Positions 26,773 through 41,499 of a DNA stretch of 64,000 nucleotides are shown in pieces. The stretch's first letter is position 1. Each line of letters starts with the position of its first letter. The stretch is taken from contig OZ024743.1 in the NCBI GenBank assembly GCA_964016885.1, forward strand, positions 278,690,001 to 278,754,000, written 5' to 3'. The notes below the pieces were generated by a model that saw nothing but the letters and a program-made list of their open reading frames with translations, had not been told where the DNA came from and did not search any database. Source of the stretch: Eledone cirrhosa (Eukaryota). Made by a program: the position numbers and the translations under genes.

Positions 26773-28217
26773 TATTTTTGAATCTAACTAGTATATTTGA
26801 GGAGCAACTTTATATTGCGTAGTGTATCATTGCTTTGCAATTTATGTTATATGATATATTTTAAGATATCATTGGAAGCCATAAGTAATAGTGTATTTTA
26901 TAGTGCTAACAGGGCTGATTTCAGTGGACCTTATATCGCTGCCGTGTCTGTTTTGCATAAGATATATTGAATCGCTTAAATTACGCTACACAGTGGTGAC
27001 GATGTTATATCAACTTCCAACTCTTTTCTTCTTCTAGCTAAGATACATAATTGCATAGGAAATATGGTAATATTTCTGTATATAGCCGTCACTGGACCTA
27101 CTACATAGAAATAATTGTGTTGAGAATTTTTGTTTAAATTAGCCAATGTCTAATATTGTTATAATTATTTCGCCTTTATGTCAAAAACTCTGGACAAGAT
27201 TTCCTCCATTTTCACTTCATCAGCAACACAAATATGGGGGAATATGAATCCTTTATATCCTTACAGAATAGTATACATTAACGCCAATGAATACACATTT
27301 TTAGAGAAGAAATAAATAAAAGCTATCATCTACATGAATAATTGTGATGTTAATGTTAACATTTAACAAAAGGCACATTGTTAATATTCGAAACAGTTGA
27401 TAGCATGTTAAATCCGTAAGGCAGTGGAAGATATCATCAACTGGGTGTAATCTATGATGGAACGTTATTGCAGATAGGTAACAATGTAAGTTAACATTCG
27501 ATCTTGAGCAGACTTCCATATCATAAAGGAAATTACGGTGAGAATGGTTTTCACACAAAGAATCCAGAGGATTTCTTACTCACACATACAGGCACACTCC
27601 CTCCCCACTTACACGCACACACACACGCACACGCACATGCACACACACACGCACACACACGCGCACACACATACACACACATATATATACATATATATAC
27701 ATACATATGTGTGAGTGAATATATGTATATGTATACATATATGTATATGTATACACGTATGTATATATATATAAATGCACATAGACATATTTAGATGCAT
27801 ATATATAATTATTTATTTATGTGTGTGCGTTTGTGTGCGTATGTATGTTTCGTTGTGTTAGTGTGTATGCATATATCTACGTACCAGCGCCATCACATAT
27901 TAAACATAAACTCATAAAATGTGTATATTATTAATTTTTACAGCAAATTTGAACAAAACGAAATACATACGTTTCTTCTATATCACCATACCTTCCTTTT
28001 TCGTATATTTTTGTCTGTTGTTGGCAATTTTCGATCTTTGTTATACAATTTAGCCATTTTTATATTTCTATTTATGAAACAGTTAGTTTAATATAAAAAT
28101 CAGTTTTCTTTCCATTTATTTCACATTTTCGTCGTTTTCTTTTTGTATCAATAAGAGATGCCTTTTGATTCACCAAAAATTACTCTTAAACTGCCATAAT
28201 TTTCAAACATGTATATG

Positions 28218-28252
<35 letters not shown>

Positions 28253-28314
28253 GAATGTGTATACATACATACTTAGATACATGCACACGTACGTACATAA
28301 ATCTACATGCATAT

Positions 28315-28360
<46 letters not shown>

Positions 28361-29224
28361 TATATATATATATATATATATGTACATATATATATATATG
28401 TACATATATATATATATACGCGTATATATATATATACGCGTATGTAATAACCGGGAGAGAATGTGTAACGGCAGAATCTAATGAATTAATTTTATTTCAA
28501 ATAAAGGAATGTGAACGCAGAGAGCATTGTTATATATCAAATAGACATTGATGATTGCTCCATAATTTTGGATAAGAAACAATTTTCTCGCTAGGTTTTT
28601 CAAGCAAATTTTCTGGATATTTTTCAATATAACGATGAACATTCCTTATTGCTTTGTAAAACATGGAGAAAGTATGCGGGTTAGGGCGATGATGAGAATG
28701 GAGATGAAAATGAGGTTGAGTATGAGGGGGGGTAAAACAATAACAACACAATAGAATCACACACACACACACTCATATATATATATATATATATATGTTA
28801 GAAGATATATATAGGCACACAGTAATAGATATATATGCACATATGCATATGTGTATATATGTACAAAAGTGCAATTTCTGAAATTGTCTCAACTAGAACA
28901 CGCATAAACACATACAATCACGTATGTAAACATGTAGACACACGTGCACATGTTATATGTTGTGTGAACATATATGTGTGTGTATATGTGTGTGTGAGTA
29001 TATACTAAACGCAAATTTCGGGAAAAAGCGAGAAAGAAATATATAGGGAGAAATAGGCACGCGCTTGTAAATACATATATGTATGTTTATATATTGAAGA
29101 ATACTCACAGGAACCAAAGGATAGGAATACTACGAGATTTAAACTCTTCTTCTTCTTCTTCTTCTTCTTCTTCTTCTTCTTCTTCTTCTTCTTCTTCTTC
29201 TTCTTCTTCTGTGCGGATCAGAGG

Positions 29225-29615
29225 AAAAATGAGGGCATCAGGAGTACAAGAGTCAGAACAAGAAGCTGTGTCCGTTCGAGATGCTCTTTATAATGCCCTT
29301 GGCAACATTGTCTTTGATGGACCTTGGGAAGAATTTAAAATACAGGTTTACAGTGCTGTGGTTGATGTGGTCGGTTTTAAGAAGACAAAACCCCAAGACT
29401 GTGATGATGATAATAATCCTGCAATAGCTATGCTCATTGTAGGGAAGAACAATTTGTATGAAAAGTACCTTGCTGCATACCTTCCAGTGAGGACCCCTTT
29501 GAAGCAAAGTTAAAAATGCATTGTAAAACTCGAGCGGTGAAGATGCAGAAAGCTTATAATTGCAGAGACCTAAAGGCATTATACAGATTAATAAAACAAG
29601 TTTTTGGCTCACAAT
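29225..29615 (+). pseudogene. RTE-clade LINE fragment (EN-RT linker)
   Basis: WEEFK..VVGFKKTKPQD..DDNNPAI and MQKAYNCRDLKALYRLIKQVFG resemble the RTE linker. Confidence 0.65.
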
Positions 29616-29759
29616 ACGTACACAATACTACACAATACAATTACCAATTTCACAAGCCCCCATCCAACCCCATTATTGCCACCCCTCCTATTATTTTGGA
29701 CCCGAGACTGACACCAAACTCTTCTCCTATCGATGTCTATCACACAAAACTCTCTTTTA

Positions 29760-30280
29760 ACCACCTCACTGTATCTACTAAAGCCAAACTCTACCCCTCT
29801 CTATATCTAACACGACACCGTCTCTCTGATCCCACTCTCTATATCTAAGACTAATACACTCTCTCCCTCTCCATTAATATCAACACATAGCTCTACCAAT
29901 CCCCTTCTATATATCAATCTCCCTTAAACTCTGCCCCTCTCTATATCTACTACACGGCACTCTCCTATTATCCATCTCTGTATATCTACAACCACCAAAT
30001 TCTCACCGTCTCTATATCTACGACTCGGAACTCTCTACCAATCCCCGTCTCTATATCTACAACACGGAATTCTCTTTCAATACTCCTCTCTATATCTATT
30101 AAAACCAAACTTTCACCCTCCGTATATATACTACACAGAACTCTCTTCCAATACACCTCTCCATCTTCCTTTCTCTATATCTAATATAGAACACACTCTC
30201 CCAACACCCCTCACTATATCAATTACCACCAAACTATTACTCTCTCTATATATGTATCTATCTCTCCCACCTATCTCTAC
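29760..30280. repeat. Degenerate minisatellite with 39/39/32-bp subunits
   Basis: ctatatcta-like anchors at about 29941, 29980, 30012, 30051, 30090 and 30122. Confidence 0.7.
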
Positions 30281-31119
30281 ATATATTGTACATAAATTGT
30301 AGCGCATATACAAATACATGTGTGGTTAGGTATTTCGGATAGAAAAATATAATTATTATGGGGGGTGGGGCATAGTTTTCCCTGGTCCCCCGTTCCACCA
30401 CCCCTGATGTATGTATGTATGTATGTATGCTTGTGTGTATGTATGAATGCACTTACATGTGTATGTAGTTATGTATTTATATATATACGTACGTACTTAT
30501 GTATGTATATAGGTATGTATGTAGGTATATAGCCAGGCAATTAAACTAAAAAGAATGTCGACATAAACACGTCACTGCCAAAATATGGTTCTCAAAATTT
30601 CTTGGAAGGTATTAAAAAAGTAAAAACAAAATCGAAAAAATAAAAATTGACGTCCTCCACCTCCGCAAAAATAACAATAAATAATAAAAAAAAAACATAT
30701 GTAGAGAAAAAAGGCAAAAAGAAAACAAACCTATTAGAAGAAAGAACGAAGATAGAAAGAGAGAAAGAAAGAAAATAAGAAATAACTAATGAAAGATAGA
30801 AAGAGAGTGAAGAGGTCAGACAGATAGTGTGTATGACCTCTCAGTCAAAGATACAAGTGTAATGTAATCTTTTGAATACAAACAAAATCTCAAAAGAAAT
30901 GGAGCCTCCACCCACACATCGCTTAAATAATAAACTGAAGTCATCACAAATAGACGTTTTAAATCTTTATGCCCACACCCCATTTTAACAGTTTGTAATC
31001 TGTCAATTTCCTCATTCTCCTTTTCCCTCACTCTTCCTCAACGATCGTTCTTCTCTACCATTCTCTCTCTTAATATATATCTACTATCTCTCTCTCCTCC
31101 CATCGCTCTGTCTATTTCT

Positions 31120-31508
<389 letters not shown>

Positions 31509-31603
31509 CACAAAGAAACCATGGACAGGGACCTCGAAGTGTGCGCTGTGGATAGCTTCATTAATGTGATTTTTTGCTGATCTCTTAGAGATTTGTGTGC
31601 GTG

Positions 31604-31658
<55 letters not shown>

Positions 31659-31759
31659 AATATATATGTGAAGTAATTCTGTCGGAAAAGTTCAGGAAAA
31701 AAGAGTGCTCTATGTAGGTTACAGAGCTTATTTATGTAATAAACAACATAAGATGATTA

Positions 31760-31819
31760 TTTCATTTACCAGTGGTTTCTTGAAAGCAAATAAATCTGCT
31801 TTCAGTCGTCAGAATGAAA
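31760..31819 (-). ncRNA. Type-I hammerhead ribozyme motif, intact core
   Basis: UUUCAUU CUGACGA c UGAAAGCAG auuuau UUGCUUUCA a GAAA CCacuGG UA AAUGAAA. Confidence 0.78.
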
Positions 31820-31880
31820 AAATCCTGGTCTTTTTATTGAATGTGGATTTGAAAAACAAAAATATTAGAAATATATGTAT

Positions 31881-31919
<39 letters not shown>

Positions 31920-32170
31920 AAGAGTAAAGGCGTAGAGACTCCCTTCGGCCACGAATTACCATGGGATTTACACCTAGAAATTTCCTATCTAAGGCGCAAG
32001 TCCGGGCATGGTTATTTGTGTAAGACCAACATACAAGTCTTCCCTCTCCACGCCACCGTTGTTGTCCTTGGAAAGGTAATGGCCGATACAGGTTGGCACC
32101 TGTGACATCGCAATTCATCTCTACAATTGAGTGCAACGTGAAATAAAGTGTCTTCATCAAGAATACACCG
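31920..32170 (-). mobile_element. CORE-type SINE (OR-like), 5'-truncated
   Basis: Minus strand has the CORE-like segment gtgtattcttgatgaagacactttatttcac. A related 3' part is at about 51480-51650 (+). Confidence 0.6.
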
Positions 32171-32779
32171 TATATAAATGTTTAGATGCACCTACTGATT
32201 TTTATATGCATTTACGTTTACAATACATAATGAAAAGAAGATAGTTCATACAAAAAAAATTATATATATATTTTTTAATATGGGTATTATCTAATTGGTG
32301 TTTGTGCCAATCGGTTTTATTCTGGGTATTTTGCCAAGTTTTCGGTTTCATTTGTATTGGAAATGTTTTTAATTAACATATAGCCAAATGTGTGGACAGA
32401 AAAAGTAAACAGGAATTAAGAAAAGAGAGTTAAATACGGGGAAATGAAGCAAAATTGACTACATACTCTACATCCCAGATAAGACAGTTTATCTCAGCTG
32501 CACCACACGGACAAAATATCCCAAGCATTGCAGCGAAGAATTGCCAGTGATTCACACAGCATCAGAATTTCCAGCCAACGGGATACCTTCCTTATGTGTG
32601 ATACATTACACCCGATTGAGAGACTGAGTATTGATTGATCATTTCCTCTTCGTGAGGTATGCAGAGACCCAGGACAACGCAAAACGTACGAAAAAGAAGC
32701 GAAAAGCGGACATATTATATTTGGATATCTTCCGCTTCTCTGCATTGGGAACGGATGTTTATTATTTTTTTAAATTTAC

Positions 32780-33133
32780 GGTGAATCGGCATTATTAGAG
32801 AGTCGGACGCCATGCTTTGTATCAAAGAGTTACGGCCCTTTATGATCTGAGTTCAAATCCCGCCGAGGTTAACTTTGCCTTTCATCCTTACGGGGTCGAT
32901 AAAATAAAGTACCAGTAATGCACTGGATAATTGCTGGCCTTGTGCCAAAAGTAGAAACAATTATCAGTAGAGGGTCGGCCGCCATGCTTTCCAGCATAGT
33001 TACATCCCTTTACGTCTGAGTTGAAATCCCGTCGAGGTTAATTTTGCCTTTCATCCTTACGGGGTCGATAAAATAAAGTACCAGTAATGTACTGTCTAAT
33101 TGCCTCCCTTGTGCCAAAAGTAGAAACAATTAT
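32780..33133 (+). mobile_element. Two tandem OK-like SINEs
   Basis: Units 32780-32964 and 32965-33133. Confidence 0.85.
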
Positions 33134-33774
33134 TTTTTAAATTTATTTACAATTTCTTATTTTGTATTTCAATTCTTTATATACTTATCTGCGACTCAAC
33201 CTACCCTATCTTTCTGTTTGTTTGTCTTATTCTCTTTTTTTTTCTCTCATCCCTTTGATAAATTCTGCTTGATAACTATCAACCCCGACTGTCCTGTTTC
33301 TCTGTTTTGTATCTGTCCCCCTTCTTTCCTCTCTCTTTCTCGCCCTGTCTTGCTCTCTATTATTCTCCTCCTACTTTCTTTGTCATTGTCCCTCCCTTCT
33401 AACTCTGTCTCTGATACACTTCCTTTTTCTTACTCATTCTCTTTCACCAAAAGATTAAGATATCTGGCAATGGTCAAACAAGTACGTAGCAATTTGTGCG
33501 TGTGTACGAAGATAAATATCTAGAACATAGTTTCAGTATGTATGCATGTGTATGAGTATGCTGAACAATGTGTTTGTGTATTATTGCATATGCATCTGTT
33601 AAATTTGTAGGATCATCAATGTGATTTTTCGGCGTTGACTTTTTATAAGATCTTTTTGATTCATGACATTTACTTGTCAAATATGTGAGAATATTTCACA
33701 ACTAAAATCGTCGGAGACAATAGAAACTTGATAAATAAATTCTTTATACTTTCAATGTGAAATGACTCGATCAA

Positions 33775-34086
33775 ATAATTGTTTCTACTTTAGGCACAAG
33801 GCCAGCAATTACCCAGTGCATTACTGGTACTTTATTTCATCGACCCCGTAAGGATGAAAGGCAAAGTCAACCTCGGCAGGATTTGAACTCGATCAAATAA
33901 TTGTTTCTACTTTAGGCACAAGGTCAGCAATTACCCAGTGCATTACTGGTACTTTATTTTATCGACCCCGTAAGGATGAAAGGCAAAGTCAACCTCGGCG
34001 GGATTTGAACTCAGATCGTAAAGGGACGTAACTATGCTGGAAAGCATGGCGTCCGACCCTCTACCGATACTGCCAATCCACCGCCC
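33775..34086 (-). mobile_element. OK-like SINE plus duplicated 3' half, 15-bp TSD
   Basis: Full unit 33896-34086 and half unit 33775-33889. actcgatcaaataat occurs at 33765, 33886 and 34087. Confidence 0.87.
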
Positions 34087-34277
34087 ACTCGATCAAATAA
34101 TGATTCATATTTGAATCATAAGATATTCCGGTCTAGACACAATTGTATATATGTATTTATCTAGAGCGGAATATGTGTATGTATATATAAATATATATAT
34201 GTGTGTGTGTGTATGTGTGTGTGTGTGTGTGTAAACACACGAACACACACATACTCTCTCTCTGTCTATCTATCTCT

Positions 34278-34358
<81 letters not shown>

Positions 34359-34483
34359 GTATTGAATGGAATTAGTAACTTTTGACAACAGAAAATTGTC
34401 TAAGATTAACAGAGCGTATATGCCCAATTTTTGTTGTTTTTTGTTTTAAGGGGTTATGCACTATGTTATCATTAACCTAGAAC

Positions 34484-34700
34484 GGTGTATTGGCAGTATC
34501 TGTAGAACATTGGCCAACATGATTTGTGGCATATCATTAGGGCCCTTTATATTCTGAGTTCAAATACCGCCGACGTTAGCTTTGCCCTTCATCATTACAG
34601 GTTCGATGAAATAAAGTACCAGTAACGCACTGGGTCGATTTAATCTACATCCCCTCCCCAAAAGGTGTTAGCCTTGTGCCTAAATCAGAAACCATTATTA
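34484..34700 (+). mobile_element. OK-like SINE (older, longer variant)
   Basis: tggcagtatc..ctgagttcaaataccgccg..gccttgtgcctaaatcagaaacc. Confidence 0.8.
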
Positions 34701-34782
34701 AACTGCTCTCTAGTAAAATACCGTGAAGTTACGAATTGATTTCAGTTTTCAAATTTACCCGCCGCTTTTTGTCACACTTTGG

Positions 34783-34832
<50 letters not shown>

Positions 34833-34841
34833 ATATATATA

Positions 34842-36445
34842 CAGTGCCCCGCAAAAGTTTACAACACATTAGGAAAAATGTGGTTTTATGTATTTTTAAT
34901 AAAGTTAGGGTAATGAAAATTTAACTACCGATAGAACATATAATGAGGCATTTAATGATACAATCATAGTTTTAAAAAAATAACAAGAAAATAACTCATG
35001 AAGAAAAATCAATATTTTTATAACGCAGAAGTTTACAACACATTTATTAAATCATCTCTTAATATTTCGTAGCGTAACCTTTGTTGCTAATTACAGCCTG
35101 TAGGGCGTTTGGAGTAGCCTCCTACAAACTTCTTGCATGTTTCTTGGATAATATTTATCCATTCTTCACAACAAATTTTCTTTAGTTCAGGGATATTTTG
35201 GGGTTTCCTTTTTTGAATTCTCTCCACAAATTTTCGATCGGGTTAAGATCTGGAGACTGACATAGTCATTTTAGAACATTTATTCCATTCGAACTTAACC
35301 AAGATTGTGTTAGCTTTGCAGTATGCTTTGGATTGTTATCTTGTTGAAAAAACCAACCTGACTTTAAGCTGAGAGAATGTGCACTTTGATGTAAATTCCT
35401 TTGGAAAATACCTCTATAATAAGTGCCACCCATTCTTCCTTCTATTATTTCAATATTTCCTACTCCTGTGGCACTAAAGCAACCCCAGACCATGATTGAT
35501 CTACCTCCAAATTTTAAAGTTGGAATAGTATTCTTCAGCGAATATTCAGTACCTTTCTTTCTCCAGACTTTTGCCACAGCATTTCGACCAAAATGTTCAA
35601 TTTTTGTTTCGTCCGACTAAAGTACATCTTCCCAAAATGACGCAGGTTTGATGAGATGCTCATTTGCAAAGTTTAATCGACGAAGAGCGTGTTTCCTCGT
35701 AAGAAGTGGTATTTTCCTTGGAGACCTCGAGAAGATATTATATCGACGAAGTGAATAACTAATTGTATCTGTGCTCACTTTTACTCCACTTTCTTCTAGG
35801 TCATCCTGAAGATTTTTAAGAGTACACCGGGGTTTGTTGCCAACCTTTCTCGTCAATAACCGAGCTGCACGTTCCGTTATCTTTCTAGGACAACCAGAAC
35901 TAATTAGAGGACAGATGGAATGATGAGATTTCCAGTGACGAATTATTGTACCAACTGAACTCAATGGCACATTTAACTGACAAGATATCTTTCTATAACC
36001 AACACCATTTGTATGAAGGTCTACAATACGTTTACAGAGGTCTTGATCAATCAGTTTATTTTTCCCCGTATTGTCCATGTTTACAGGACGGTTGTCAATG
36101 TTTACAGGATGGTTGTCAGACAAATAATGATGTAATGTTTTTAATAGTCCTTAGAAGTTACCTTAAACCTAATCTAGAACATTCTACTGAATTTTAAATC
36201 TGAAAATTTAAGAATTTTCTTGAAAAAAAGCGATAGATATAAAATGTGTTGTAAACTTTTGCGTTATAAAAATATTGAGTTTTCTTCATGTGTTATTTCC
36301 TTGTTATTTTTTTTTAAATACGATTGTATCATTAAATGCCTCATTATAGGTTCTATCAGTAGTTAAATTTTCATTACCCTAACTTTATTAAAAATACCTA
36401 AAACTGCATTTTTCCTGATGTGTTGTAAACTTTTGCGGGGCACTG
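34842..36445 (-). mobile_element. Tc1-family DNA transposon with ~200-bp IR/DR terminal repeats
   Basis: TA|CAGTGCCCCGCAAAAGTTTACAACAC..GTGTTGTAAACTTTTGCGGGGCACTG|TA. Inner direct repeats at about 35023-35044 and 36242-36263. Confidence 0.95.
35059..36069 (-). pseudogene. Tc1 DD34E-type transposase, disrupted
   Basis: HTH region, then L*SDETKIE, GGRSIMVWGCFS, FQQDNNPKH, SPDLNPIENLW and GYATKY*. Contains stops and deletions. Confidence 0.93.
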
Positions 36446-36455
36446 TATATATATG

Positions 36456-37206
<751 letters not shown>

Positions 37207-37352
37207 GTGTATATATATGTATATGTGTGTATATACATATATATAAATACACTATATAAACATTCATATATATATCGCTATTTCAGAGCACCAATTCTAA
37301 TTTTCAATTTCTGCTGGACCGGCGACCGTTCTGCATAATCAGTTCCTGATTA

Positions 37353-37570
37353 TTACTGGAATTCTATAAGAATCCAACACACATAATTTTCAGCAAACAG
37401 GGAGAATAGTGAGCTTTGATAAGAACCAACAAGTACTAAACAGAGCTCTGTCCGCTTATCTCCCCTATTTGTTGAAAATGTAAGTAAGTGACACTGTCAC
37501 TACTTTAACAAATAGCGTATGGTCTTCAAAATGCTTTTAATTAAGCATACAGTGTATTGCAAAATACACT
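37353..37570 (+). repeat. Dispersed structured repeat (hairpin 37386-37479), homologous to 9371-9580
   Basis: Shared flanks and an equivalent stem. Confidence 0.7.
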
Positions 37571-37579
37571 ATATATACA

Positions 37580-37629
<50 letters not shown>

Positions 37630-39589
37630 GATATAGGTTTTTTTTTCTGTGTGTGTAACTCTGTGTGTGTGTCTGTGTGCTTGTGTATGTATAATATTGA
37701 CTAATCCTGACTAAATAATATACCACAGCACTCTACTTTGTTATTGCGTACTTATTTCCTCGTTCTCTAAAAATGTCAATGTGTCTGTGTCTCGAATGAA
37801 TTTCTCTCTATCTGTCTGTCTGTCTCTCTCTCTCTCTCTTCATTTCTCTCTCTCTCACCCCCCTCTCTCTCTCACCCCCCCCTCTCTCTCACCCCCCCCT
37901 CTCTCTCTCTGTACACATGCCTAAGAGGAGGCCCGTCACTTGTAATGACTTTACAATAGACCATCTTGACGTCGGAGATCTAGTTTGTGTACTTAATGCG
38001 GATTAAATGTCTCTTTAGTATCAATAATAGTAACAGTCAGCATCTTAGAATTGGGTCACGGTAAATGCTGGAAGACTTCTTCTGAAGCAATATACGCTCT
38101 TTCCACTAACAAAGCATTTTTTCCTATATCTGTTCTTGCATTTAGGTAAATTATATAGTTCAATATCCTAGGCACGTTAAACCATCATCATTTTCATTGT
38201 AAATATGTACATTTACATGTACATATAATACACACAGACACAATCGGACAAAGTAGACGAAGAGGAAATACACTAAAGCTTAGAAAAGGTATGAAGGGAG
38301 GACAGCGGAAGACAGCCCTTGCGGTGTGATGTCTATTAATTTCAGCATTCCCAAATGGTAAATCTTTGGAATCTCTTAAAATTTTTATTAACCATTAGTT
38401 GTGCGTTAATCTTGTTTGTTTTTACTTGAAGAAACCCTCAAATTTCCCTGCCTTTATTCAGATTCTCAGTAACATAACCTATTGCACCTATGATAACAAT
38501 TACAGACAAGAAAATATAATCACTTCAAAAAGCCGTGCGTTCCGCATTAATTCAAAGATGCTCCTTTTCCTTAATCTTATATGATACATTTACACCCGTT
38601 GAGCAGGTGATATCTACAGAAATGCATGAGGTTTGATCGTTGTTATAGAACTATATCAAATGTGTTGTGTTTATACCAGATTGCTGTTGTTTTTATTGTG
38701 ATGCTCCACATGTCCTCCTTATTCTTAATATTTAAATGGTTAATTACATCCATGTTCAGGGTAATCATTTCTGCCAATAGAATTATAAATAATAATTGCA
38801 GCTACTTTCTGTCGTATGGAAATATGGTACATGTAGATGTGTTTGGATTGCTACTGGTAATGTGAGTGGTATCTTCCATTATGAATAAGTGTATGTATAT
38901 ATTTCAATAAATACTATGCAATAGACAGCGATCTGATTACGCCTGTACTGAGTATACCCAAAAGGTCTAAGTCAGCTTTGGAGGATCCCGCAATTGGCGG
39001 GGAAATGAATCAACCTGTGATAAGACATCAAATAATATTTTCCTCTCATCATATGTTTAATACTATGCTACTTTTATGATATTCCAAACATTAAATGTGC
39101 TTTCAAGATTAATTTTTTTCATCATCTTCTAATTTTACTTTCATCTTATTTGCTTATCTGTTTGTTTGTTATCTTCTATAGTCAATATGTCTGTCAAAAA
39201 TGAACGAACAATATCATTGTGCTTGGCGTTGGTGTTTGTAGAAATTCTAGCCGTCGTCATATGAGAAAAAGTCTGTATCCATCATTTTGATCCTCTCTCA
39301 TTCTCTCTCCCAATCTTTTTTACTCTCCTTCTCTCTTTCTCTTTCTCTTTCACTCTCACTCTCTTTCTTACTTTCTTTCACTCTTACTCTCACTCTCGCG
39401 CTCTCTCACACTCTCCCACACGCACAAACACAAACACACACACGCATGCACAGATACTTTCTGAGTTTATTCCTCATCTTTAGACTTAAAGCAAAAGAAC
39501 AATAACAACACCAAACACACCAAAATAACACCCAGGAAAAACAAACAAAATACAAGAAAACTAGCAAAGAAAAAAAGAATAGGAGAGTG

Positions 39590-40680
39590 TTGGCGACAGT
39601 ATCAGCATCATCAACAACAGCAAAATCAACCACAACAGTACCACCAACACCAACAAGAGCAGCGGCTGCAACAGCAGCGGCAGCAACAGCAGCGGGAGCA
39701 ACAGCAGCAGCAGCAGCAACAACAACTACCTCTTCAACACTGAAAGTTGCTTTAAAAATACGACCGAACAACACTAGTACCAGAAGAAAATAAAAACAAA
39801 ATGTTAATGATAATAGCAAGAATGACGATAGATACAACAACAACAACAACAACAACAATAGCTACAACAACAACAATAATAGCAACAACAATAACAACAA
39901 CAACAACCACCATAGCTACAACTACAACAACAACAACAACAACAACAACTATAGCTACAACCACAACAACGACAATAATAAGAACAGCAACAACAATAAC
40001 AAATACAACAACGACCATAACTACAACAACAACAACAACAACAACAATACATACAACAACAACAACATCCATAGCTACAACAACAACAACCATAGTTACA
40101 ACCACAACAACAACAGAAACCATAGCTACAACAACAAAAACAACAACAGCCATATCTACAACCACAACAACAATCATAGATACAACCACAACAACAACCG
40201 TAGCTACAACAACAACAACAACAACAACCATAGCTACAACTACAACAACCATAGATACAACAATAACAACAACAAGCATAGCTACAACCACAACAACAAC
40301 AATAATAACAACAGCAAGAACAATAACAAATACAACAACGACCATAGCTACAACAACAACAACACAACCATAGCTACAACAACAACATCCATAGCTACAA
40401 CAACAACAACAACGATAGCTACAACCACAACAACAACAGAAACCATAGTTACAACAACAACAACTAAAACAACAACGGCCATATCTACAACCACAACAAC
40501 AACCATAGATACAACCACAACAACAACCATAGATACAACCACAACAACAACCGTAGCTACAACCACAATAACAACAACAACCATAGCTACAACTACAACA
40601 ACAACAAGAACCATAGCTATAACAACAACAAAACGATAATGAGAACTACAATCACATCAACAACAACAATACAAATAAAA
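39590..40680. repeat. Cryptic (ACA)n / catagcta(caa)n low-complexity array with ~328-bp duplication
   Basis: The block at about 39951 recurs at about 40279. Confidence 0.85.
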
Positions 40681-40780
40681 TCATCAAAAGCGACAATAAT
40701 AAAGATAGGTTCATCAACAATGAGTTAGAATGACATAAGAACATCTACCACAACACATTAATATCAACGACGACGAGGGC

Positions 40781-41050
40781 CACCAGGACAATGCTAATAC
40801 TGGCAATAGCCACGACTACGGCCACCACCAGGACAATGATAATACTGGCAATGGCCACGATTACGGCCACCACCAGGACAATGATAATACTGGCAATGGC
40901 CACGACTACCGCGACCACCAGGACAACGATAATACTGGCAATAGCCACGACTACGGCGACCACCAGGACAATGATAATACTGGCAATAGCCACGACTACC
41001 GCGACCACCAGGACAACGATAATATTGGCAATGGCCACGACTACGGCGAC
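40781..41050. repeat. 45-bp tandem repeat x6
   Basis: Unit caccaggacaatgataatactggcaatggccacgactacggcgac. Confidence 0.92.
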
Positions 41051-41109
41051 GGTGTGGACGGTGAAGACAATGGACATGGTCTTTTAGGATAACACAACGA
41101 GGCTAAAAA

Positions 41110-41283
41110 TATTAGGTACAGACACCACCATACTCCGGGGAAACGCCTCTTCCATTCTGTCCGCCGGGGCTGTGGGGAGGCCAGCTCGTGCGACCCAATT
41201 TCCTCACCATACAGAGAAATGGGGAGGGCGAGAGAGATGGACGCGATGACAGTGGGAGTTCGGCTCTTCCACGTTCGGACCAT
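41110..41283 (-). repeat. Dispersed repeat family (also 18536-18600 + and 50259-50545 +)
   Basis: Shared gtccgaac..ga(g/a)cc(a/g)aactcccac(c/t)gtca..ctcccc motif. Confidence 0.65.
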
Positions 41284-41499
41284 ATCCTTGTGGTTGTGTT
41301 CATGAAGCAGTTAATGAGTCTGTTTCTGTAGAGACACAGGTACTGTTGTCACTTTATTACCCCTTGTAGTAATTAAAATAGGGCACAATATTTCAGTTCT
41401 CCTAAAGTGTACAACTGGAGGAACCTAGAGTCTTTAGATTCACAGTAGCTTACAAAGATCTAGCTTCTGGCTAGGAAGAAAGCAAGAGAGACGAATAAA

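Noticed and set aside
28544-28590. ttgatga..tcca..tgga..gaaacaattttc HHR-like string (similar weak cases at 18700, 27200, 48660, 51065, 52960, 56200)
   Set aside because: These need several corrections or lack one half, so they are not distinguishable from chance by eye.
39752-40614. Mucin-like poly-Thr, poly-Val and Cys-rich ORFs
   Set aside because: This is a trinucleotide-derived array open in several frames on both strands. The Thr frame shifts near 40370, and there is no signal peptide or splice support.
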